Shown here in pieces: positions 10,490 to 19,428 of a DNA stretch of 64,000 nt; the first letter of the stretch is position 1; each line of letters starts with the position of its first letter. The position numbers and the translations under genes were made by a program. The stretch spans positions 3,503 through 67,502 of the forward strand of contig CAYNIC010000011.1 of assembly GCA_964397465.1 (NCBI GenBank), given 5' to 3'. Origin of the DNA: an uncultured Rhodospirillales bacterium. Its GTDB lineage: Bacteria; Pseudomonadota; Alphaproteobacteria; JAWKYA01. The notes below the pieces were generated by a model. It was not told the DNA's origin and searched no databases. It worked only from the letters and a program-made list of their open reading frames with translations.

Positions 10490-10948
10490 ATGGCGGAGCA
10501 GACTCAACTTCATGGAACCTGTGTGCTGCTTGACGACATAGGTGTTCTTCTTCGCGGTGCATCTGGATCGGGCAAGTCCGACTTGGCCTTGCGATTGATC
10601 GATGGCGGCGCGCTCCTGGTTGCCGATGATCGGGTTGACATTACCCGCGATCAAGACAATCTCTGGGCAAAACCTCCCGAGACCTTGGCGGGAAAGCTTG
10701 AGGTGAGGGGCATAGGAATTGTCGCCATGCCGTTTTATCCTAAGGCCCCGATTCGGCTGATTGTTGATTTGGTGGCGGATCGCGCGGTTGACCGGCTGCC
10801 CCTTGATTTAAGCGTATCCGTGCTCGACATTGCTGTTCCGTGCCTTAGGCTGGATCCTTTCACGGCCTCCGCGCCGGCTAAGATCAGGACGAGGGTCGCC
10901 GCTTTGCTGGAACATCGGTTAAAAATTCTAGATCCATCACGCTTATGA
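10490..10948 (+). CDS. hprK: Short HPr kinase/phosphorylase (C-terminal catalytic domain only)
   Basis: 152 aa with P-loop GASGSGKSDLAL. This is the truncated form typical of alphaproteobacteria, and the locus position fits. Confidence 0.8.
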   Translation: MAEQTQLHGTCVLLDDIGVLLRGASGSGKSDLALRLIDGGALLVADDRVDITRDQDNLWAKPPETLAGKLEVRGIGIVAMPFYPKAPIRLIVDLVADRAVDRLPLDLSVSVLDIAVPCLRLDPFTASAPAKIRTRVAALLEHRLKILDPSRL

Positions 10949-11916
10949 CATCATCTCCTTCATCCTCCGCATCATCGAGTAAACCGGTTCCGATCGTTTT
11001 GGTTACCGGCCTTTCGGGTGCGGGGAAATCATCGGCGCTTAAATTGCTGGAAGATATCGGCTATGAGGCGGTGGATAATCTCCCGCTGTTTTTATTGTCG
11101 CGCTTGGTCATGCCGGTTGAAGGTCGCACCCCGAATACGGTGGATGCTCATCCCTTAGCGATCGGCACCGATGTGAGAACGCGGGATTTTGGCATCGAAG
11201 CGTTTCTATCCGAAACCGAGCGCTTACGTAATCTCAGCGGGTTTAATCTTCGCAAAGTGTTTCTGGACTGCGATGTCGATATTCTATGCCGCCGCTATAC
11301 CGAGACCCGGCGCCGGCATCCTTTGGCGCAGGATCGTCCGGTCCGCGACGGTGTGGAGCGTGAACGGGAACTTCTGGCGCCGCTTCGCGATGCGGCGGAT
11401 GTGGTCATTGATACCAGCACCATGACCCTGGGCGAGCTCAAACAAACCCTTATCCGTCATTTCTCGATCCATCGCCCGACAGGTCCGGGCATATTTGTGC
11501 AGTCCTTTTCTTACCGGGGCGGGGTCCCGCGGGACGCGGATCTCGTGTTCGATGTCCGGTTTTTACGCAACCCTCACTATGTTACCGAACTGCAGCCCCT
11601 GACGGGGCAAGATGCCCGGGTCGGAGCCCATATCGCCGCCGATCCCGAATTTGACCGGTTTTTTGCTAACCTCTTAAACCTTTTGCGCCCCCTGCTGCCG
11701 CGGTATTTTGCCGAGGGTAAAAGCTACCTTACCTTGGCGATCGGCTGCACCGGCGGCCGGCATCGATCGGTTTATGTCGCAGAAAAGCTGGCCTCTGCGT
11801 TGCGGAGCGACGGTCAGGCCGTCACCATCCGTCACCGGGATGCCGGACTCAATGACGCGGGAGCGGGCGAGGCGGGATCCGGCTCCATGCAATTAGACTC
11901 GCCGTCCCGTATATAA
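10945..11916 (+). CDS. rapZ: RapZ/YhbJ-family P-loop RNase adaptor protein
   Basis: VLVTGLSGAGKSSALKLLEDIGYEAVDNLP N-terminus and a CTGGRHRSV C-terminal motif. ATGA overlap with hprK. Confidence 0.85.
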   Translation: MTSSPSSSASSSKPVPIVLVTGLSGAGKSSALKLLEDIGYEAVDNLPLFLLSRLVMPVEGRTPNTVDAHPLAIGTDVRTRDFGIEAFLSETERLRNLSGFNLRKVFLDCDVDILCRRYTETRRRHPLAQDRPVRDGVERERELLAPLRDAADVVIDTSTMTLGELKQTLIRHFSIHRPTGPGIFVQSFSYRGGVPRDADLVFDVRFLRNPHYVTELQPLTGQDARVGAHIAADPEFDRFFANLLNLLRPLLPRYFAEGKSYLTLAIGCTGGRHRSVYVAEKLASALRSDGQAVTIRHRDAGLNDAGAGEAGSGSMQLDSPSRI

Positions 11917-11933
11917 TCGCGCTAGGTTTCGCC

Positions 11934-12338
11934 ATGATCGGAATTATTCTTGTTACCCACGGCCGCCTGGCAGACGAACTCAGCTCCGCTCTGCAACATG
12001 TCGTTGGGCCGCAACCCGCCTTGGCGACGGTGTGTATCGGGCCCGAAGACGATATGGACAAGCGGCGCCAAGAAATCATCGACCGCATACGGCAAGTTGA
12101 TGCGGGGCAGGGTGTGGTCCTGCTGACGGACATGTTCGGCGGCACGCCGTCCAATCTGGCGATCTCGGTTATGGAAGGCCGCAAGGTCGAAGTGATTGCC
12201 GGCGTTAATCTGCCGATGTTGGTCAAGCTGGCCAGCGTTCGCGACCATGATGATCTGGCCACCGCGGTCATCAAGGCGCAGGAAGCCGGCCGCAAATATA
12301 TCAATGTGGCCTCCGCCTTTTTGTCCGGCGCTTGTTAG
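11934..12338 (+). CDS. PTS EIIA component, mannose/fructose family
   Basis: MIGIILVTHGRLA N-terminus carrying the phosphorylatable His, 134 aa, locus position. Confidence 0.8.
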   Translation: MIGIILVTHGRLADELSSALQHVVGPQPALATVCIGPEDDMDKRRQEIIDRIRQVDAGQGVVLLTDMFGGTPSNLAISVMEGRKVEVIAGVNLPMLVKLASVRDHDDLATAVIKAQEAGRKYINVASAFLSGAC

Positions 12339-12352
12339 GGTGCGGGGTCGTC

Positions 12353-12661
12353 ATGAGCACAGAGACCACCGGCGGAGCAAAGAATAATCAAGCCGCGTTG
12401 CGGCGCACAGTCATGATCATCAATCAGCGCGGCCTTCATGCACGCGCGGCGGCAAAGTTTGTAAAATTGGCGGGGGAATTTGACGCCGAGGTTGCGGTCG
12501 AGCGCAATGGTACGGCGGTATCGGGGATGTCGATCATGGGATTGATGATGCTGGCAGCGGCTACCGGCTGTGAGATTGAAATTGCCGTCACCGGGCGAGA
12601 AGCGGCATCGGCGCTGGCGGCCCTCTCCAAGCTGGTGAGCGATGGCTTCGACGAACCGTAA
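12353..12661 (+). CDS. ptsH: HPr-type phosphocarrier protein
   Basis: ORF 12332..12661 trimmed to the ATG at 12353. NQRGLHARAAAKF active-site His region and a GMSIMGLMML Ser46-type region. Confidence 0.8.
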   Translation: MSTETTGGAKNNQAALRRTVMIINQRGLHARAAAKFVKLAGEFDAEVAVERNGTAVSGMSIMGLMMLAAATGCEIEIAVTGREAASALAALSKLVSDGFDEP

Positions 12662-14429
12662 GAAATCTGCCAAATCAACACCGGGCAGTATTACCTTAGG
12701 CGGCTTGGGCGTCTCGGCCGGAATCGCCATCGGGCCGGCCCACCTGGTTGAGGCGGGGTCCGTTCAGGCGCCGGAGTACCGGATCCCCCGCGGCCAGATT
12801 CCAACCGAACTTGCGCGCCTGGATACTGCTGTTGGTGCAGCGCGGCGGCAATTATTCAAATTGAAAGACAAGGCACGGCATCTGCCCGAGACCGCGGCGG
12901 AAGAAATCGGTTTCCTCTTGGACGCCCATCTTTCCATGCTGGGAGATTCCCGGTTGTTGCGCGGGGCAAGGAAGCGGATTGAATCGGAACGGTTCAATGC
13001 CGAGGCCGCCATTGTGCAAGAAATCGCCGTGATCGCCGAAAGCTTCGGCGCGATGGAGGATAGTTACCTTGCCGCCCGGGTCGACGATATTCGCGAGGTG
13101 GGCAATCGTTTGATCCGGACCTTGACGCAAACGCCTTATGCGGTTTTTGCGCATATTCCTGAAGGAACGATTCTCATTGCGGAAGAATTGACCCCGGCGG
13201 ATATGGCCCTGCTGGATCCAAAAAAGGTATTAGGGATTGCCACGGTCTTGGGTGGCGCCGAGGGCCATACGGCAATCATGGCGCGCGCCTTGGGGATCTC
13301 GGCGGTGCTTGGTATTGCCGGCTTGCACGGGAAGATAAAATCCGGCGATCTGATTGTTGTCGACGGTATCAAGGGGCAGGTCATTCTTCGCCCCGAGCCC
13401 GACGTGCTGGCACGGTTCGAGCGATTAAAAGCGAAGCTGGACGCTGCCCAGGCAAAACTGGCGCGGCTGCGCACCTTGCCGGCAGAAACCCGCGACGGCG
13501 TCACGATTTCACTGGTCGCCAATTTGGAACTGCCCCGCGAAGCCGAACGCGCTTTGGATAACGGCGCCATGGGCATCGGCCTGTTGCGGACCGAATTCAT
13601 GTATATGAATCGGGACGATCTTCCCGGAGAGGAAGAGCAGTTTCAAGCTCTGCGCGGTTTGGTGCAGCAGATGGAGGGGCGGCCGGTCACCGTGCGCACC
13701 TTGGATGTGGGCGGTGACAAGCTGGCCTACAGCCTGGATGGCATCGCCAACGAATCGCTTAATCCAGCCTTGGGGCTGCGGGCGATCCGGTTGTCGTTGA
13801 AGGTGCGGAGCCTGTTGGAAAATCAATTTGCCGCAGCGCTTCGCGCCAGCGCCTTTGGCCCAGTCCGGATCTTGCTGCCGATGATCGCCTCGGCGTCGGA
13901 GTTTTTGGAAGCGCGCACTGTTTTGACCGAGGTGGCGCGGCGGCTGCGCCAAGCCAAGGTCGCCATGTCCAATCCCTTGCCGCCCCTCGGTGTGATGATT
14001 GAAGTGCCCAGCGCCGCCTTGTCGGCGGATGTCTTGGCGCGCCACGCCGATTTCTTCGCCATCGGCACCAACGATCTCACCATGTTCACCTTGGCGATCG
14101 ATCGCGCGGATGACCAGGTGGCCTATCTTTATAATCCGCTGCATCCGGCGATCTTGCGGCTTATTCAGTTCACCGCCGCCGCCGCCCGACGGGGAAATAT
14201 ACCCCTGTCGGTTTGCGGGGAGATCGCCGGCGATCCGCGCTATACGGCGTTGCTGATCGGTCTGGGCATTCGCGAGTTGTCGATGACTCCCAGCAACATT
14301 CCCCGGGTCAAGCAACGCTTACGCGCCTTGGATGTGAAGGCGGCCACCCAGCGGGCCCGGCAAATCATGGAGCAATCGGATGGCGGACGGATTGCCGCGT
14401 TGTTGGATGATTTTAACGAGGCTTTGTAG
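12642..14429 (+). CDS. ptsI: Phosphoenolpyruvate-protein phosphotransferase (PTS Enzyme I, no GAF domain)
   Basis: 595 aa with a GGAEGHTAIMARALGI phospho-His region and a C-terminal PEP-utiliser TIM-barrel motif (FFAIGTNDLT). 20-nt overlap with the HPr gene. Confidence 0.85.
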   Translation: MASTNRKKSAKSTPGSITLGGLGVSAGIAIGPAHLVEAGSVQAPEYRIPRGQIPTELARLDTAVGAARRQLFKLKDKARHLPETAAEEIGFLLDAHLSMLGDSRLLRGARKRIESERFNAEAAIVQEIAVIAESFGAMEDSYLAARVDDIREVGNRLIRTLTQTPYAVFAHIPEGTILIAEELTPADMALLDPKKVLGIATVLGGAEGHTAIMARALGISAVLGIAGLHGKIKSGDLIVVDGIKGQVILRPEPDVLARFERLKAKLDAAQAKLARLRTLPAETRDGVTISLVANLELPREAERALDNGAMGIGLLRTEFMYMNRDDLPGEEEQFQALRGLVQQMEGRPVTVRTLDVGGDKLAYSLDGIANESLNPALGLRAIRLSLKVRSLLENQFAAALRASAFGPVRILLPMIASASEFLEARTVLTEVARRLRQAKVAMSNPLPPLGVMIEVPSAALSADVLARHADFFAIGTNDLTMFTLAIDRADDQVAYLYNPLHPAILRLIQFTAAAARRGNIPLSVCGEIAGDPRYTALLIGLGIRELSMTPSNIPRVKQRLRALDVKAATQRARQIMEQSDGGRIAALLDDFNEAL

Positions 14430-14442
14430 ATCGTGATAGAAT

Positions 14443-15090
14443 CTAGAGATTGTCCGTGCGGGCGATCAAAGTGCCGGCACCGACCATGGCTGACTTAGAG
14501 CGGGCCAAAGAACCGTTCAAGTTAATCGCCCGGCAAGCATCCTCCACCACCACTGCGGCCAGGCCTTCACGGCGCGCATCCAGCGCGGTGTAGGTGACGC
14601 AGAAGTCGGTGGCAAGGCCGGCCAAAAACAACCGGCGAATTCCCCGCTCACGCAGGTAACCGGCAAGACCGGTGGGTGTGCGGCGGTCGTTTTCGTAAAA
14701 AGCCGAATAGCTGTCGATGCCGGGGCGAAAGCCCTTGCGGATGACAAGCTCGGTCTGAGGCAATTTGAGATCTTTGTGAAACTCGGCGCCGTATGTGCCT
14801 TGAACGCAGTGCCGCGGCCACAGGACTTGCTCGCCGTACGGCATAAAGATCGTTTCATACGCCGTCTTATTGGCGTGGCTTGAAGCGAAAGAGCTGTGCT
14901 GTTCCGTGTGCCAGTCTTGAGTCATGATGACGTGTTGAAAGCGCGGGGCGAAATTCATGATCACCGGGATCACTTGATCGCCTTCAGGCACGGCTAAGGC
15001 GCCGCCGGGGCAGAAATCATTCTGAACGTCGACAACCAGAAGAGCGTCACTGTCGCTGTATCGGGTATGCCCATCCATTGTTTCTTTCAC
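14443..15090 (-). CDS. pncA: Nicotinamidase/pyrazinamidase (isochorismatase family)
   Basis: ALLVVDVQNDFCPGGALAV N-terminal motif and a catalytic Cys region LAGLATDFCV. Confidence 0.8.
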   Translation of the reverse strand: MKETMDGHTRYSDSDALLVVDVQNDFCPGGALAVPEGDQVIPVIMNFAPRFQHVIMTQDWHTEQHSSFASSHANKTAYETIFMPYGEQVLWPRHCVQGTYGAEFHKDLKLPQTELVIRKGFRPGIDSYSAFYENDRRTPTGLAGYLRERGIRRLFLAGLATDFCVTYTALDARREGLAAVVVEDACRAINLNGSLARSKSAMVGAGTLIARTDNL

Positions 15091-15806
15091 TCCGTTAACG
15101 CCAAGTCGACCATGACAATGCGCGTGTCTTGACCGGCCGTAATGTCAATCTGTGACTCATTTCTAACTTCGATACCATCTCGCGACCGGGCGTCGACGCC
15201 GTTGATCGTGATGCTTCCGCCATCGGCGACCACGTAAGCACCCCGGCCTGGTGCAAAGATATGCTGCACCGTTGATCCGGCACTGAGACTGGCGCCCAGA
15301 ATGGCGGCGTCACAGTGGATGGGAAGCGCGCCAGATCCTGCGTCTGCCGGGCGTCCCGAAGCAAAGGGGACAAGGCCCCTTTTTTTATTCCCTGGAAAGG
15401 CTTTTGTCTCCCAATGCGGCGACATGCCGCGAGCTTGAGGCCGCAGCCAGATTTGGAACAAGGTGGTCGGCGTATCTTCAAAATTATACTCGGCATGAAG
15501 AATGCCTGCGCCGGCGGACATGACCTGCACGTCGCCCGCGGCCGTTCGGCCCTTGTTTCCAAGGTGATCTTGATGCGATACGGCACCGGTGCGTACCACG
15601 GTGATGATCTCCATATCCCGGTGACCGTGGAGGTCAAACCCCTGTCCCGGTGCGATGGTATCGTCATTCCACACCACCAGGGGTCCAAACCCCATACGGT
15701 TCGGATCCCGATAACTGCCGAAGCTAAAATGATGGGTGGCGTTTAGCCACTCGTTGCGGAATTTTCCAAGCTGGTCATAGGGGGTTACGGTGATCATATT
15801 TTCCAT
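15087..15806 (-). CDS. Pirin-family (YhhW-like) cupin protein
   Basis: ORF 15087..15917 trimmed to the ATG at 15806, which follows GAAAGG. Cupin His motifs DLHGHRDMEIIT and AGILHAE. Confidence 0.8.
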   Translation of the reverse strand: MENMITVTPYDQLGKFRNEWLNATHHFSFGSYRDPNRMGFGPLVVWNDDTIAPGQGFDLHGHRDMEIITVVRTGAVSHQDHLGNKGRTAAGDVQVMSAGAGILHAEYNFEDTPTTLFQIWLRPQARGMSPHWETKAFPGNKKRGLVPFASGRPADAGSGALPIHCDAAILGASLSAGSTVQHIFAPGRGAYVVADGGSITINGVDARSRDGIEVRNESQIDITAGQDTRIVMVDLALTE

Positions 15807-15866
15807 CCTTTCACTGTAGAATATGGGATGAAAGCTGATTTCCGCAAGAGGCCTAGATGAGGATTG

Positions 15867-15908
15867 CCAAAAACACGAGAGGCGCCGGCTTTTATGGCCG
15901 ACGCCTCT
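15867..15908 (-). terminator. Rho-independent terminator candidate downstream of the Sel1 gene
   Basis: AGAGGCG...CGCCTCT stem (15878-15884 / 15902-15908), followed on the minus strand by GTGTTTTT. Confidence 0.5.
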
Positions 15909-15953
15909 TGAAAGCAAGTTAATGCAATAAGGCGCTAACCGTTGCGTGACGAC

Positions 15954-16691
15954 TTACTTAGGCTGCGTGCCCGCTGCTGCAGGAGGCGTCCCGGCGGCAG
16001 GCTTCGGACCTCCGGCAGGGGTTGAGGGCGTTGCCGCGGCAGGCGGCTTTGTGCCGGACGATTTGGCGGCTTCGCGGGTACGATTGTTCTTTTCAATTTC
16101 GGCAATGACCAGGTTGGCTTTTTTCTGCGCCTCTTCCAGCTGTGCCGGCTTCAATTCACCGAAGGCTTTTTCCCGTGCCGAAATCGCCGGCGGGTAACCC
16201 ACCCGGGCGGCAAGCATGAACCACATAGTGCCTTCGATCTTATCTTCAGGGATGCCGATGGCTTCGTATTTCATAACGCCCGCATTGTACTGCGCATCGA
16301 TATGGTTCGCTCTGGCGGCCTTGGCGAAGTATTGATAGGCCATGGCAGGATCTTCTTTAACGCCTTCGCCGCGGATCAAAAGAATGCCGACATGAAAGGC
16401 GGGATCGCCGCGTAAGGGATCGGTGTCTGCCGCCAACTTGTACCAGGCAAGCGCGGCCACCGGATCGGGTTTTTCAATTCCATATCCGGCCTGCACCATC
16501 TTGGCCAGGTTGAACATCGCCTCGACATTGCCGGCACGGGCAAGCTTCTCAAAAATTTCCAGGGCTTTTTTGTAATCTTTTTGATCTTGCGCCTTGATAC
16601 CGTCGACCACCGTTTGTGCCATCGCGGGCATCGGCACGGCAAAGCCAAGAGCCAATAAGAAAAGAAGAGCAGCGAAAAACCTGCGGACCAT
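15954..16691 (-). CDS. Secreted Sel1/TPR-repeat protein with Pro/Ala-rich C-terminal tail
   Basis: ORF trimmed to the ATG at 16691 (signal peptide MVRRFFAALLFLLALGFAVPMPAMA). Repeated A..Y.LA.....G.G motifs. Confidence 0.75.
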   Translation of the reverse strand: MVRRFFAALLFLLALGFAVPMPAMAQTVVDGIKAQDQKDYKKALEIFEKLARAGNVEAMFNLAKMVQAGYGIEKPDPVAALAWYKLAADTDPLRGDPAFHVGILLIRGEGVKEDPAMAYQYFAKAARANHIDAQYNAGVMKYEAIGIPEDKIEGTMWFMLAARVGYPPAISAREKAFGELKPAQLEEAQKKANLVIAEIEKNNRTREAAKSSGTKPPAAATPSTPAGGPKPAAGTPPAAAGTQPK

Positions 16692-16814
16692 CAAAATCTC
16701 TCGTCGTGTGGTTGAACCAAAATTCCTGGGGAAGGGTATGCCACAGATCGCATAGCGCTGGCCAGGGGCGTTCCCCGCCTTACGATGGGAAAACGGCAAA
16801 ACCGTGGCGCCGCC

Positions 16815-17894
16815 TTAGGATGGCTGGCGCAAAGGCCCCAGACCCTTGCGGAGCGCCTCTTGACCGACCAGCAGCGATCCCAGCAAAAGAAACGCCCCCA
16901 TCTGGTGCAGGCTTGCCAGGAAAACGGGTACCTGCAGAAGAAGGGTGGTGATGCCCAAGGTAACCTGCAGCACAACCAAGCCAAGGACGCAGCGCCAGGC
17001 CCAAACCGCGCGTAACGGTGGGGATTGACGCCGAATGATCAGAAAGAAGCATAAAATGGCGATGAAACTGAGAAGGGCCAGAATCCGGTGGATGAACTGG
17101 GCAGTGGCGGGATTCTCGAACAGGTTACGCCACAGCGGTTTCAACGCCCATACATCGGGCGGAACGACGGCGTCGTTCATCAACGGAAAAGTATTATAGA
17201 TAAGGCCGGCATCAAGCCCGGCAACCAGCGCGCCGGCCAGCAGGGTTGCGGCCACCAAACCGATGAGCACAAAACTCCATCCTCGAAGTCTGCGGAGATC
17301 GGTGTCACGCGCACTCTGCTGTCCGTAAGGCCACAGCAATCGCAGAGCGGTCAGCAACAATGCGCTATAAATAAGGGCGGCAAGGCCAAGATGAGTTGCC
17401 AGACGATAGGGGCTCACCATCGGATCGTTGACCAATCCGCTTTTGACCATCCACCAGCCGACGCCGGCCTCCGCACCGCCGAGAGCGAAAATGCCCAGCA
17501 ATGGCAAAATGAGGTTGCGCGGGATTTGGCGAGTGATCAAAAAACCCAAAAACGGAATCAAGAACACGATCCCGATCAGCCGCCCCCATAACCGGTGCAG
17601 ATATTCCCAAAAATAAATCTGCTTAAATTCCGCCAGGGACATACCGTGATTGCGTTTCACATATTCCGGCGATTGGCGATAGGCGTCGAACTCCGCCGCC
17701 CAAGCCGTTTCGGATAGCGGCGGCAAGGCGCCGGCGACCGGTTTCCACTCGACGATGGAAAGACCGCTTTCGGTCAACCGCGTCACCGCACCGATGGTCG
17801 CCATGGCCAACACCATCAGGCAGCACACGAGCAACCAGGCGGCGATTCGTCGGTGAGAGGGTGGCACCCCTCCTAAGGAGGCGGATAATGTCAT
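16815..17894 (-). CDS. ctaA: Heme A synthase (COX15/CtaA family)
   Basis: Polytopic protein with a TRLTESGLSIVEWKP motif. The track ORF extends to 17954 (TTG), but the ATG at 17894 gives a typical N-terminus. Confidence 0.8.
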   Translation of the reverse strand: MTLSASLGGVPPSHRRIAAWLLVCCLMVLAMATIGAVTRLTESGLSIVEWKPVAGALPPLSETAWAAEFDAYRQSPEYVKRNHGMSLAEFKQIYFWEYLHRLWGRLIGIVFLIPFLGFLITRQIPRNLILPLLGIFALGGAEAGVGWWMVKSGLVNDPMVSPYRLATHLGLAALIYSALLLTALRLLWPYGQQSARDTDLRRLRGWSFVLIGLVAATLLAGALVAGLDAGLIYNTFPLMNDAVVPPDVWALKPLWRNLFENPATAQFIHRILALLSFIAILCFFLIIRRQSPPLRAVWAWRCVLGLVVLQVTLGITTLLLQVPVFLASLHQMGAFLLLGSLLVGQEALRKGLGPLRQPS

Positions 17895-18030
17895 GCTCAA
17901 ACCTAGGCGCAAGCCAAAGGCTGCGCCAAGCGGCAGGCTGTCGCGGGGCAACAAAGGTGGTTATTCATAGGCGTTTGGTGCAAAATCTGAAGACAAGGAC
18001 AAAAACAACACGCTGTTGCGAGGAAAAAAG

Positions 18031-18375
18031 ATGAAACACGCAAGCAGAGGGGCGGTGATTTTGAGCTTAGTTTGCGGTGCCGCCGCGGCCGCGGAATATA
18101 CGCCATCCGAACTTCAAAGCATGATCGCGGCGGGCAAAACTCCGGATACCTTGACGCCGACCACCGACACAAAAGACGCAAACTTTCCAGTTTGCCGCGC
18201 CATGGTTAATGCGACTATTGGCGCTCTCAGCCATCCGGTTGTTTATCCGGTTGTCGTCGTTGCAGATAACCCATCCACCTACGCCAAGAAGCTGTGGCTC
18301 AATGATGCGGTGATGGTTTTCACCTGCACGGCTGCCGACGGAAAATTCACGACTACGACGGCAAAGTATAAATGA
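18031..18375 (+). CDS. Small secreted hypothetical protein
   Basis: ATG at 18031 after GAGGAAAAAAG. Signal peptide MKHASRGAVILSLVCGAAAAA. No family recognised. Confidence 0.5.
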   Translation: MKHASRGAVILSLVCGAAAAAEYTPSELQSMIAAGKTPDTLTPTTDTKDANFPVCRAMVNATIGALSHPVVYPVVVVADNPSTYAKKLWLNDAVMVFTCTAADGKFTTTTAKYK

Positions 18376-18379
18376 TGAG

Positions 18380-19417
18380 TTACCCTTTAACTTCCCAGGT
18401 ATAGCCCGACCGCAGCAGGGCATTGATGTCGCCGGGCTTGCCTTTGATCTTAGCCTTGGCGGCTTCGCCTTGTTGTTGGACCAGGCGCTCGAAGCTCGGC
18501 GCAGGATCGCAATAGATAACGCCCATGGCGACCGGGAATTCCGGCGGGGTCATGCCGCCCAGCAAAAACGCCAGCGCGCGGTTGGTCTCGTCATGGACCA
18601 GAATATCGGCTTCGGTGACGCCGTTTTCGCCAATCTGGACGACTTCCAACTCGAAGGTGCCGGGTTTTAATCGCAGGCCCTTCTTATTGTCCTTGCCGTA
18701 CAGCATGGGTTTGCCATGTTGCAAATGAAGCTGCATCTCGGCGGCAACGTCCTTGGATGTGAAGTGATCGAAGGCGCCGTCGTTATAAACGATGCAGTTC
18801 TGAAAGATCTCGATCAGGGATGTTCCCTTGTGGGCGTGACCGCGCTTCAATACTTCGGACAGATGCTTTTGCAGGGTGTCGACCGAGCGCGCCACGAACC
18901 GCGCACCGGCGCCGAGAGCAAACAACGCGGCGGAGATCGGCGTCTCAACCGACCCACCCGGCGTCGACGGCGAGCGCGTGCCTTTGCGCGACGTCGGCGA
19001 ATACTGACCCTTGGTCAGACCATAGATCTCGTTGTTGTGCAGCAGCATGGTGATGTCGACGTTGCGGCGCAAGGTGTGCAGCAGATGATTGCCGCCGATC
19101 GACAAGGCGTCGCCGTCGCCGGACACCAACCACACATCCAAGTCCGGCCGCGCCAGCTTTATGCCGGTGGCAAAGGCGGGGGCTCGACCATGGATGGTGT
19201 GAAAGCCGTAGGTCGACATGTAATAGGGAAAGCGCGCGGCGCAGCCGATGCCCGACACGAACACCGTGTTCTCGCGGTTGACATTCATGTCGGCGAGGGT
19301 TTTCTGCACCGCCTTCAAAATCGCGTAGTCGCCGCATCCGGGGCACCATCTGACTTCCTGGTCGGAGGCAAGGTCCTTGGCCGACAAGGGGGCTGCGGGA
19401 GGTGTCATGACATTCAT
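18380..19417 (-). CDS. korB: 2-oxoglutarate/2-oxoacid:ferredoxin oxidoreductase beta subunit
   Basis: TPP-binding region WCPGCGDYAILK...GDGDALSIGGNH. Paired with the alpha subunit. Confidence 0.85.
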   Translation of the reverse strand: MNVMTPPAAPLSAKDLASDQEVRWCPGCGDYAILKAVQKTLADMNVNRENTVFVSGIGCAARFPYYMSTYGFHTIHGRAPAFATGIKLARPDLDVWLVSGDGDALSIGGNHLLHTLRRNVDITMLLHNNEIYGLTKGQYSPTSRKGTRSPSTPGGSVETPISAALFALGAGARFVARSVDTLQKHLSEVLKRGHAHKGTSLIEIFQNCIVYNDGAFDHFTSKDVAAEMQLHLQHGKPMLYGKDNKKGLRLKPGTFELEVVQIGENGVTEADILVHDETNRALAFLLGGMTPPEFPVAMGVIYCDPAPSFERLVQQQGEAAKAKIKGKPGDINALLRSGYTWEVKG

Positions 19418-19428
19418 CGCCGGCGTCC

